From Alphaproteobacteria bacterium (GTDB lineage: Bacteria > Pseudomonadota > Alphaproteobacteria > GCA-2731375): a stretch of DNA of 24,000 bases. Location of the stretch: positions 14,196 through 38,195 of the forward strand of contig CBDDBZ010000001.1 of the NCBI GenBank assembly GCA_965225945.1, in the 5' to 3' direction. This document shows, in pieces, positions 8,777-15,662 of this stretch; the first letter of the stretch is position 1, and each line of letters opens with the position of its first letter. Under the pieces are notes generated by a model. The model did no database searches, was not told where the DNA came from, and saw nothing but the letters and a program-made list of their open reading frames with translations. Made by a program: the position numbers and the translations under genes.

Positions 8777-9445
8777 CTACGCCACGTCCGCCACGACGCG
8801 CTGGACGAAAATGCCGGCGATGTCGACGGCGTGGGGGTCCAGCGGGTCGTCGGACAGCTCGGCCACCTCCACCACCGTGGTTTCCGCCGCCGTCGCCATC
8901 GCGGAGGCGAAATTCAGCTGCGTGCCGGTGAAGGAAATATTGCCCCAGCGGTCGGCCCGCTCCGCCCGGATCAGCGCGAAGTCGGCCCGAATCGCGTATT
9001 CCAGAACGCACGGCCGGCCGTCGAAGTCGCGGATTTCCTTGCCCTCGGCGAGCCGCGTGCCGGCCCCAGTGGGCGTAAAGAAGGCCGGGATGCCGGCGCC
9101 GCCGGCGCGAATGCGCTCGACTAAGCTGCCCTGCGGCACCAGCTCCAGCGCCAGTTCGCCGTCGAAGATCTGCCGCTCGAAGCGGGCGGTGCCGGCGCCC
9201 CGGCTGCGGGCGGCGCTGGAGATCGCGGCGCGGATCCGGCGCGCCTCGAACAGCTCCGGCGCGTGGATCTCGATCATCCGCAGGCTGTTGACGATCACCG
9301 TCAGGTCCCCCGCCCCGCCCGCCGCCAGCGCCTTGATCAGGGCGACCGGCAGGCCGGCGCCGCCGAAGCCGTTCACCATCACCCGGGCCCCCGAGCCAAG
9401 CCCGGCGAGCGCCGCTTCCATACTCGCTACGCGCTTGTCGATCAC
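8777..9445 (-). CDS. 3-oxoacid/acetate CoA-transferase subunit A
   Basis: 222 aa with the typical N-terminus ...ALAGLGSGARVMVNGFGGAGLP and the sequence LVPQGSLVERIRAGGAGIPAFFTPTGAGT. GTG start at 9445. Confidence 0.9.
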   Translation of the reverse strand: MIDKRVASMEAALAGLGSGARVMVNGFGGAGLPVALIKALAAGGAGDLTVIVNSLRMIEIHAPELFEARRIRAAISSAARSRGAGTARFERQIFDGELALELVPQGSLVERIRAGGAGIPAFFTPTGAGTRLAEGKEIRDFDGRPCVLEYAIRADFALIRAERADRWGNISFTGTQLNFASAMATAAETTVVEVAELSDDPLDPHAVDIAGIFVQRVVADVA

Positions 9446-9570
9446 GGCGTGAAGACGCCCTCGCCGCTCTCCGGTCGGTCCAACGAGCGGTAGGCTTCCT
9501 CCGCCTGGTCGAACACCCCGTCGGCGCCGAGATCGGTGGCGAGTTCGCCGAATAACACCACGGCCTTCAT
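9442..9570 (-). CDS. 42-codon small ORF translationally coupled to CoA-transferase A; either a leader or upstream peptide, or a remnant of an MDR-type dehydrogenase
   Basis: Below the track length cutoff; my own translation is MKAVVLFGELATDLGADGVFDQAEEAYRSLDRPESGEGVFTP*. An AAGGAG SD lies 9 nt upstream of the ATG (9570-9568). 37 of 42 codons end in G or C. Its TGA overlaps the GTG start of the downstream gene (GTGA). Confidence 0.3.
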   Translation of the reverse strand: MKAVVLFGELATDLGADGVFDQAEEAYRSLDRPESGEGVFTP

Positions 9571-9624
9571 GGCGCCACGCTCCTTATCCGCCGACATCGG
9601 CGGAAATCCAAACCATTCGGGCGA

Positions 9625-10596
9625 TTACCCGCCTCCGGCCCGGTAACCACGCGGCAGGTCGAGGCCGACGCCCTCCAGCGCGCCGAACAGGCGATGCAGC
9701 GTCGCGACGTCGGCCTCCGGCAGGGGCGGCTTCATGATCGAGGCGACGTTGCGGCGCAGGTGCGCGACATCGCCGGTGCCGAACAGGACCACGTCCGCGC
9801 CCTCCTGGTGCGCGGCGTAGCGATAGGCGGCGTCGATCACGTCGTCGTCGCCGCTCTCGTGGAGCAGAAAATCCAGCGGCGCCGAAGCCGCGGCCAGATC
9901 CCTCGGCAGTCGGTTCTCGGCCGCCAGCTTCGCGATCGTTTCGCGCCGATAGTCGGGATCGCTGAAGATCCGCCGGACCACGAACATCAACAGCGTGCCG
10001 ATGCGCTTTTCCCGGGTCAGGGGAAAGACCAGGGCCCGCGCGTTCTGGTGCATCATGTGGAAGGCGAACATCACCACCTCCCAGTGGGGCTCATGCAGGG
10101 CGCGGGAGAGCATCTCGTGGCCCGAATCGCGTACCGCGGCCTCGGTGATGCCGAGATGGCACAACTTGCCGCGCTGCTTCTCCGCCAATAGCGCCGGCAC
10201 CAGGACCTCGCGGACGTGGTCGTATTCGGCCGGCCGCACGCCGTGGAAATGGAAGACGTCGACATGGTCGGTGCCGAGGCGACGGAGCGAGGCCTCCAGG
10301 TTCGCCACCACGCCCTTCGCGTCCAACAGCGCGCCGTCGCGGCGAATTCGGCTCTTGGTCGAGATCACCACCGAATCGCGATCCACTTCGCGGATCGCCT
10401 TGCCGACGATCTCCTCGGTGCCGTAGGCCTCCGCCGTGTCGATCAGGTTGACGCCGAGGTCGATGGCCTCGCGCACCAGGGCCACGGATTCCGCCTCGCT
10501 CCGGCCGGTGGCCTTGCCGAGCCGGCTGGAGCCGCCGCAGCCGAATCCGGCGACACCCACCCGCAATCCCGTCCGCCCCAGCGTCGTCCGCCGCAT
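9625..10596 (-). CDS. Aldo/keto reductase family oxidoreductase
   Basis: Start placed at MRRTTLGRTGLRVGVAGFGCG (ATG 10596-10594), the canonical AKR N-terminus. It also shows NLIDTAEAYG, VISTK and LRRLGTDHVDVFHFH. The 101-codon Arg/Gly-rich extension to 10899 is rejected. Confidence 0.85.
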   Translation of the reverse strand: MRRTTLGRTGLRVGVAGFGCGGSSRLGKATGRSEAESVALVREAIDLGVNLIDTAEAYGTEEIVGKAIREVDRDSVVISTKSRIRRDGALLDAKGVVANLEASLRRLGTDHVDVFHFHGVRPAEYDHVREVLVPALLAEKQRGKLCHLGITEAAVRDSGHEMLSRALHEPHWEVVMFAFHMMHQNARALVFPLTREKRIGTLLMFVVRRIFSDPDYRRETIAKLAAENRLPRDLAAASAPLDFLLHESGDDDVIDAAYRYAAHQEGADVVLFGTGDVAHLRRNVASIMKPPLPEADVATLHRLFGALEGVGLDLPRGYRAGGG

Positions 10597-10749
10597 GCCG
10601 TCCCCCCCGTGATCGGAAATTGGACCGGCGGATGCCGATCCGCGCCCTGAGCATAGCACGCGCCGTTGCCTGAACCGTCGCCCTCGTGTGAGAGTGCCGC
10701 CTCCTTGCCCTCGGGCGGCCCGCCGGCCAGCCTCCGAGGATGCGATCAG

Positions 10750-10869
10750 ATGAAAGCCGTGGTTCTGGGCGAGATGAACCTGCCGATCGACCGTACCTTC
10801 CCGTTGGCCGAGGCGGCGGCACACATGGGTGCCAACGCGCATTTCGCCAAGTTCGTGCTGGAGGTGTGA
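10750..10869 (+). pseudogene. Probable relic of a zinc-type/quinone oxidoreductase (MDR family): the N-terminal MKAVVL is joined directly to the C-terminal tail
   Basis: The 39-aa ORF reads MKAVVLGEMNLPIDRTFPLAEAAAHMGANAHFAKFVLEV*. The start resembles the usual MDR N-terminus, and IDRTFPLAEAA..H..G.H.GK.VLEV resembles the usual MDR C-terminus. The roughly 290 aa normally found between them are missing. Confidence 0.35.
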
Positions 10870-10879
10870 GGGGGGCGGG

Positions 10880-11218
10880 ATGGCGGTGCGTTTGGACAAG
10901 CCCTGGCGGGCGCTGACGGCGGAAAACGTGGAGGCGGTGGGCGGCCATCTGGGCGTCTATCAGTTGGCCGACGCGGCGACGCGAATCCTCTATATCGGCG
11001 TCGCGGGCGGGCGGACGCTCTTCGGCCTAAAAGGCGAGCTGCGCCGCGTCCTGGAGGCGCCGCCCGAGGGCGCCAGCCAATTCCGCGTCGAGGTCACCAT
11101 GAGCTACCGGACCCGGCACTTCGAGCTTTTGCAAGCGTATCGCTCGGACCACGACGGCCTGCCGCCCGCCAACACCGACGTCGACGTGGCGAGCCTCGGC
11201 CGCCTTCGCCTGGATTAG
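10880..11218 (+). CDS. Small stand-alone GIY-YIG-like domain protein (hypothetical)
   Basis: Start at MAVRLDKPW (ATG 10880) behind a GAGGGGGG SD. It contains GVY-x10-YIG (GVYQLADAATRILYIG), downstream Arg residues (GELRRVL), and FELLQAYRSDHDGLPPAN, which resembles the E...P..N segment of GIY-YIG nucleases. Confidence 0.55.
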   Translation: MAVRLDKPWRALTAENVEAVGGHLGVYQLADAATRILYIGVAGGRTLFGLKGELRRVLEAPPEGASQFRVEVTMSYRTRHFELLQAYRSDHDGLPPANTDVDVASLGRLRLD

Positions 11219-11220
11219 GG

Positions 11221-11250
11221 CGCCCGGTGACTCCGCGCCCGGTGACTCCG
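11221..11250. repeat. Perfect 15-bp tandem duplication (CGCCCGGTGACTCCG x2)
   Basis: Read directly: 11221-11235 is identical to 11236-11250. It starts 3 nt after the stop of the GIY-YIG-like ORF. Confidence 0.9.
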
Positions 11251-11426
11251 CTTGCCGCCGCGTGCGTAGTCGGCTAGAACGGCTGGGGAGCGAAATCGCG
11301 AACCCGAGCGGTTTCGATCGGGGGGGCCCGTAGACCTCGTAGGACATTTCCCGTCGGATCGCTCGCGCGAACGACGGACCCACGGGCGGCGGCGCCAACC
11401 AGGCAACAATAATCGGGAGCATTGGG

Positions 11427-12566
11427 TTGCGAAGCGCCAAGCTAGCCGTCGTCGTCATGACCATCTCGCTCGCGGGATGCGCCGTCGACTCCGAGGATCT
11501 CTGGCCGTTCGGCTCCAACGAGCCGGCGCCACCACCGCCCGCGCCGGTATCCCAAGGCGCGGCGCCGCCACCGCCACAGTTTCCGAGCGCGGGGTCGCCG
11601 GCATCGCTCGCGCCCGTGACGCCGGTGCGGGTGGGCGAAACCGGCACGCTGGTCGGCCGAAAGACCGCCGAGCTGCGCCGCGAGCTCGATCGCCTGAACC
11701 AGCGGCTCTCCGAGCAAGGCGAGCGTCTGACCCAGGTCCGCCGGGCGACGGTGGAGAACGCGCAGCGCTATCACGGCACCGTCGCGGCGGTGACCGCGCG
11801 CCTGCAGCTCGGCACCACGCCGGGCAATCCGGTGCTGGTGAGCCAGTGGAACGCCGCGCAGGCCGAGCTCGACCGGATCAACGGCGACATCATGGCCTTG
11901 AACACGCTGGCCAACGAGGTAGCGAGCAATTCGGCGCTGGCCAACTACGTGCTGGAATCGTCGCGCGCCGCCTATGGGCTGACCGGCGCGATCGACGAGG
12001 ATCATCGCCAGCTCGCGATCCTCGAGGACGATACCAACCGCACCGCCGTCCTGGTCGACCGCCTGTTGGCCGAGATCAACGAGGATATCGCTCGCCAGAG
12101 CGCCTATGTCGGCACCGAGCGCGACAATCTCGCGACCCTCAGCCAAGCGGTGAAAAACGGCGAGCTGTTCGGCTCCAACCTGGCGCTCCGCTCGGCCTAC
12201 GGGCGGGGTAATGCGCCGATGTTCTCGAACTCCTCGACGCCCCGGGGCGGCTTTGCCATGGGCGGCCGCCGCCCCCTGGTGGTGATCCGCTTCGACCGCC
12301 CGGACGTGGCCTATGAGCGGGCGCTCTATTCGGCCGTGGCCCGGGCGCTGGAGAACCGGCCGGCGGCGGCGTTCGACGTCGTCGCGGTGACGCCGGCGGC
12401 CGGCAAGGCGGCCCAGGTCGCGCTCTACCAGTCACAGTCGAAGCGCTTCGCCAATCGGGTGATGAAGTCGCTGACCGAGATGGGGATGCCGGCCAGCCGG
12501 GTCTCCCTCGCCGCGACCACCAGCCCCGGCGCGAGCACCAGCGAAGTCCACGTCTACCTGCGCTGA
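11427..12566 (+). CDS. Lipoprotein with a Pro-rich linker, a long coiled-coil region and an OmpA-C-like C-terminal domain (function unknown)
   Basis: TTG start with GGGAG 7 nt upstream. Signal peptide plus lipobox: LAVVVMTISLAGC. A Pro-rich tract (EPAPPPPAPVSQGAAPPPPQFP) is followed by heptad-like segments (ELRRELDRLNQRLSEQGERLTQV...). The C-terminus, VVIRFDRPDV...SQSKRFANRVMKSLTEMGMPASRVSL...EVHVYLR, weakly recalls OmpA-like domains. Confidence 0.75.
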   Translation: MRSAKLAVVVMTISLAGCAVDSEDLWPFGSNEPAPPPPAPVSQGAAPPPPQFPSAGSPASLAPVTPVRVGETGTLVGRKTAELRRELDRLNQRLSEQGERLTQVRRATVENAQRYHGTVAAVTARLQLGTTPGNPVLVSQWNAAQAELDRINGDIMALNTLANEVASNSALANYVLESSRAAYGLTGAIDEDHRQLAILEDDTNRTAVLVDRLLAEINEDIARQSAYVGTERDNLATLSQAVKNGELFGSNLALRSAYGRGNAPMFSNSSTPRGGFAMGGRRPLVVIRFDRPDVAYERALYSAVARALENRPAAAFDVVAVTPAAGKAAQVALYQSQSKRFANRVMKSLTEMGMPASRVSLAATTSPGASTSEVHVYLR

Positions 12567-12589
12567 ATGGATTTCGGCGCCGAGCCGCG

Positions 12590-13933
12590 TCACAGCGCCG
12601 CCAGGACACCCTCCACCAGCTTGGCCGAGAGGCCGACATAGTCGGCCGGGTCGAGCAGGCGGTCGATTTCCGCCGCATCGAGATGCTCGCTGACGCGAGT
12701 GTCTTCGCAAAGCGCCCGGCGGAAGCCGATCCCCTCCTCCTGGGCCCGCATGGCGACCTCGTAGACGACCTCGTGCGCGGTCTGCTTGCCGATCGTCTCG
12801 CCCAACACCAACATCACCCGCTCCGAGAGCAGCAGACCGCCCAGCAGATCGGCGTTCTCCCGCATACGCTCCGGCCGTACCTCCATGCCGGCCGTGACCG
12901 CCGCCATCCGCCGGGCGAGCGCACCGCTATAGATCATCATTTCCGGCAGCGCCGCGAGCTCGATCCTGAGCAGGCCGGCGTCCCGCTCGTGTTCGTGGAT
13001 CGCCGCGTCGGTGAGGGCTAGAAACTGCGACCTGACGAGGCGGGAGAGGGCGAAGGAGAGCTCCACCGAGGACGGGTTCTGCTTGTGCGGCATGGTGGAG
13101 CTGCCGACCTTGCCCATGTGGAAGGGTTCACGTAGCTCGCCGATTTCCGGTTTCTGCAGGCTATATATCTCCCGCGCCATCTTGCCCAGGGTGGCGCTGA
13201 CTTGAAGCATGAGTGAGGCCAGCTCGACGATGCGGTCGCGCGCCGAATGCCAGCAGATCGCCGGCACGCCGAGCTCGAGCTTGGCGAGTGCACGGGCCTG
13301 CATCTCGATTCCTTGGCTGCCGAAAGAGGCCATGGAGCCGACGGCCCCGGTGATGTTGCCGACGAAGATCCGCGTCTCCGCCTCGTCCATCCGCCGGCGA
13401 TGGCGGCCCAGCTCGTCGATCCAGACCGCGAGCTTGTAGCCGAAGGTGATGGGAAGCGCATGCTGACCGTGGGTGCGGCCGACCATGACCGTCGCCTTGT
13501 GGCTCTCGGCCTGGGACGCCAGGTTCGCCGTCACTCGGCTGAGGTCGGCCCGGAGCAGGCGCCAGGCCTCGCGCGCCTGCAGGATCGCGCCGGTATCCAT
13601 GATGTCCTGGGTCGTGGCGCCCCAATGGATGAACTCTCCGGCGCCGTCCTCGCAGAGCTGCTCCAGCGCGCGAAGCGCCGGCACCAGGGGATGCGCGGTC
13701 TCGGCGATGCCGGCGCCGATCGCCGCCAAGTCCACGTCCTCGACCCTCGCCTTGGCGCGGATCTCGCGCGCGGCGGCCTGCGGGATCATGCCCAGTTCGC
13801 CCTGCGCCTCGGCCAGCGCCACCTCGACCGCGAACCATTTGCGGACCCGGTTCTCGTCGCTATAGACGCTTCGGTAGTCGTCGGGCGCGAAACTCGGACC
13901 ATAGAGCACGGAATCGATTACATGGCTGGCCAC
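12590..13933 (-). CDS. Adenylosuccinate lyase family protein (fumarate-lyase superfamily; PurB/PcaB-like)
   Basis: Carries the superfamily signature GSSTMPHKQNP, plus TQDIMDTG and GRTHGQHALPITFG. I place the start at GTG 13933-13931 (VASHVIDSVLYG) because AGGAG lies 8 nt upstream; ATG 13972 is an alternative. The Ser/Ala/Arg-rich extension to 14347 is rejected. Confidence 0.85.
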   Translation of the reverse strand: MASHVIDSVLYGPSFAPDDYRSVYSDENRVRKWFAVEVALAEAQGELGMIPQAAAREIRAKARVEDVDLAAIGAGIAETAHPLVPALRALEQLCEDGAGEFIHWGATTQDIMDTGAILQAREAWRLLRADLSRVTANLASQAESHKATVMVGRTHGQHALPITFGYKLAVWIDELGRHRRRMDEAETRIFVGNITGAVGSMASFGSQGIEMQARALAKLELGVPAICWHSARDRIVELASLMLQVSATLGKMAREIYSLQKPEIGELREPFHMGKVGSSTMPHKQNPSSVELSFALSRLVRSQFLALTDAAIHEHERDAGLLRIELAALPEMMIYSGALARRMAAVTAGMEVRPERMRENADLLGGLLLSERVMLVLGETIGKQTAHEVVYEVAMRAQEEGIGFRRALCEDTRVSEHLDAAEIDRLLDPADYVGLSAKLVEGVLAAL

Positions 13934-14019
13934 GGCGGGCGCTCCTCTTGCTCTGGGCGGCGGGCCGATCATACCCGCTCGACCGGCGCCGTCGACCGGC
14001 GCGCGAGGCTGCGCCTCGG

Positions 14020-14049
14020 TTGACGCTTGCGCGACGCGCCACCTATTGT
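14020..14049 (+). promoter_or_regulatory. Putative sigma70-type promoter for the zauP-like/zapA operon
   Basis: TTGACG (14020-14025), an 18-nt spacer, then TATTGT (14044-14049), about 48 nt upstream of the ATG at 14097. This is a pattern match only. Confidence 0.3.
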
Positions 14050-14096
14050 GACCGCTGGGACGCCGGGTCGCGGCCGGCGACGATTCGGGCGAGCGC

Positions 14097-14384
14097 ATGG
14101 GCAAGGCCGAAACGATCAGGAAACGGCTGGAAGCGGCGATCGATCGCGTGGAAACGGCGCTCGAGACGGCGGAACGCCGGCGTGAGGCGGCACGAGAATT
14201 GGACGGGCTAGATAGCGACGAGGCGGCGGGACGGCTGGCCGACGCGGAGGCGAAGAGCGCACGGCTGAGCGGCGAACTCGAGACGCTCGAGGGGGAACAC
14301 GCGGCCTTGCGCGAAATCGCCGACACCGTCTCCGATCGGCTCGACAAGGCGATCGGCGAACTTCGGACCGTTTTGGAGGGCTGA
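14097..14384 (+). CDS. Small coiled-coil protein of the DUF4164/ZauP type (ZapA-associated upstream protein)
   Basis: 95 aa, almost entirely heptad-like and charged (RLEAAIDRVETALETAERRREAA...LSGELETLEGEHAALREI...). It ends 1 nt before zapA. This arrangement is known from Caulobacter, where zauP precedes zapA. Confidence 0.7.
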   Translation: MGKAETIRKRLEAAIDRVETALETAERRREAARELDGLDSDEAAGRLADAEAKSARLSGELETLEGEHAALREIADTVSDRLDKAIGELRTVLEG

Positions 14385-14385
14385 C

Positions 14386-14739
14386 ATGGGTCAGGTCTCG
14401 ATCACCGTCAACGGACGCGACTATAAGATCGCCTGCGACGACGGCGAGGAAGAGCACCTCGCCTACCTCGCGAGCTACATCAGTCACCATGCCGATGACC
14501 TGGTGGGCAGCGCGGGGCAGGTCGGCGAGGCGCGGTTGTTGCTGATGACCGCCCTGGTGCTGGCGGATGAGCTGTCGACCGCTTTTTCGGAACTCGACGA
14601 GCTGCGCGGTGGCGGGGACGGAGGCAACACTAGCGGCCTCATGCGCCCCGCCGGAACGGACAACGGCGATGCCCGCGAAGCGATGGAGGCGCTGGTCGCG
14701 AGCCTCGAACGTCTTGCCGAACGCTTGGAAAGCACCTAA
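14386..14739 (+). CDS. zapA: Cell division protein ZapA
   Basis: MGQVSITVNGRDYKIACDDGEEEHLAYLASYI....GEARLLLMTALVLADEL is the characteristic ZapA N-terminal domain, followed by a C-terminal coiled coil. GGAGGG SD upstream. Confidence 0.9.
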   Translation: MGQVSITVNGRDYKIACDDGEEEHLAYLASYISHHADDLVGSAGQVGEARLLLMTALVLADELSTAFSELDELRGGGDGGNTSGLMRPAGTDNGDAREAMEALVASLERLAERLEST

Positions 14740-14744
14740 TTATG

Positions 14745-14920
14745 CCGTTCGGACGGGCCTCTGCGATGCGCGTCAGGCTAAGCGTGTCCCTGGGCCAGTG
14801 CACGTTGTGACGGGAGCTGTCCCTTCCGGAGCCCTGGCTTCGGTATCACGGCGCCCACCTGCTGAGGCAGGCCACAGCGGACCGATAGACGCCAACGGCA
14901 CTCGCGGACCCGTCCGACCC
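14745..14920 (+). ncRNA. ssrS: 6S RNA (SsrS); boundaries approximate
   Basis: A roughly 225-nt non-coding gap lies between zapA and the 5-formyl-THF cyclo-ligase gene, which is the conserved zapA-ssrS-ygfA synteny. The 5' segment CGGACGGG (14750-14757) plus TCTGCGA (14761-14767) pairs with TCGCGGA (14902-14908) plus CCCGTCCG (14909-14916) to form a closing stem. An internal hairpin pairs 14826-14832 with 14837-14843. The region is therefore a long, interrupted hairpin of 6S-like size. Confidence 0.65.
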
Positions 14921-14966
14921 CTGTCCCGACGCACAGAGTCCGACCGATAAGTCCCCGAGGCGGGTG

Positions 14967-15662
14967 ATGTGGCCAAAAGTCGCCGATGGCGATATTTGGG
15001 TCAGACACATAGAGCCGGCGAGAATGCGCGAACGAGTGGAAGCGCCCGAGGGGGCGGCCCTGACCGCCGAGAAAGCCGCCATGCGGGCGCGCCAGGCGCG
15101 GCGGCGGTTCGAACTCAGCCTCGCCGCCGGCCGCGAGGCGGCGGGGGCGGCGCGCGATCATCTCCTGGCGAGCTTCGCCTTCGGGCCGGACCAGGTGATC
15201 GCCGCCTACTGGCCCTTGGTGGCGGAGTTCGACGCGCGGGCCATGTTGCGGGCCCTGCATCGGCGAGGCCATCCTTGCGTGCTGCCGGTGACGGGACCAC
15301 GCGGATCGGTGCTCCGCTTCCTGCGCTGGAGCCCGGAGACGCCGCTTCGCCTCGGCCGCTTCCGGATCCCGGCGCCGCCGCGCGAGGGGGCGGAATTGCG
15401 GCCCGAGGTGTTGCTGGTCCCGCTGCTCGCCTTCGATCGCCGGGGCCATAGGCTCGGCTGGGGCGGGGGCTATTATGATCGGACATTACGCTCGCTCCGC
15501 GCCGACGGGGGGCCACGGCCACTGGCCATCGGTGTCGGCTTTGCCGGGCAGGAAGTGGCGCGGGTACCGAGCGGGCCGAACGACGCCGCTCTCGACGCTA
15601 TCGTCAGCGAGGCCGGTGCCTGGCGCGTCGCGTCCGAGGGCAATTGCGGGGGGTTGAGCTAG
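14967..15662 (+). CDS. 5-formyltetrahydrofolate cyclo-ligase (MTHFS)
   Basis: Contains VLLVPLLAFDRRGHRLGWGGGYYDRTL, the family signature, in the position downstream of 6S RNA. ATG 14967 has GAGG 6 nt upstream; ATG 15024 is an alternative start. Confidence 0.85.
   Translation: MWPKVADGDIWVRHIEPARMRERVEAPEGAALTAEKAAMRARQARRRFELSLAAGREAAGAARDHLLASFAFGPDQVIAAYWPLVAEFDARAMLRALHRRGHPCVLPVTGPRGSVLRFLRWSPETPLRLGRFRIPAPPREGAELRPEVLLVPLLAFDRRGHRLGWGGGYYDRTLRSLRADGGPRPLAIGVGFAGQEVARVPSGPNDAALDAIVSEAGAWRVASEGNCGGLS

Noticed and set aside
10597-10899. 101-codon upstream extension of the aldo/keto reductase ORF
   Set aside because: The canonical AKR N-terminus (MRRTTLGRTGL) starts at 10596. The extension is Arg/Gly-rich and overlaps the plus-strand mini-ORF region.
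11251-11426. tRNA-like fragments (TAGTCGGCTAGAAC resembling a D-loop, GGTTTCGATCG resembling a T-loop) in the intergenic region upstream of the lipoprotein gene
   Set aside because: I could not build an acceptor stem, an anticodon arm or a 5-bp T-stem on either strand. This is most likely a chance resemblance, or at best a very degraded relic.
13934-14347. Upstream extension of the adenylosuccinate-lyase-family ORF (585-aa track ORF)
   Set aside because: The extension is a Ser/Ala/Arg-rich low-complexity translation. It is antisense to the zauP-like gene and crosses the divergent promoter region. A good SD precedes the internal GTG at 13933.
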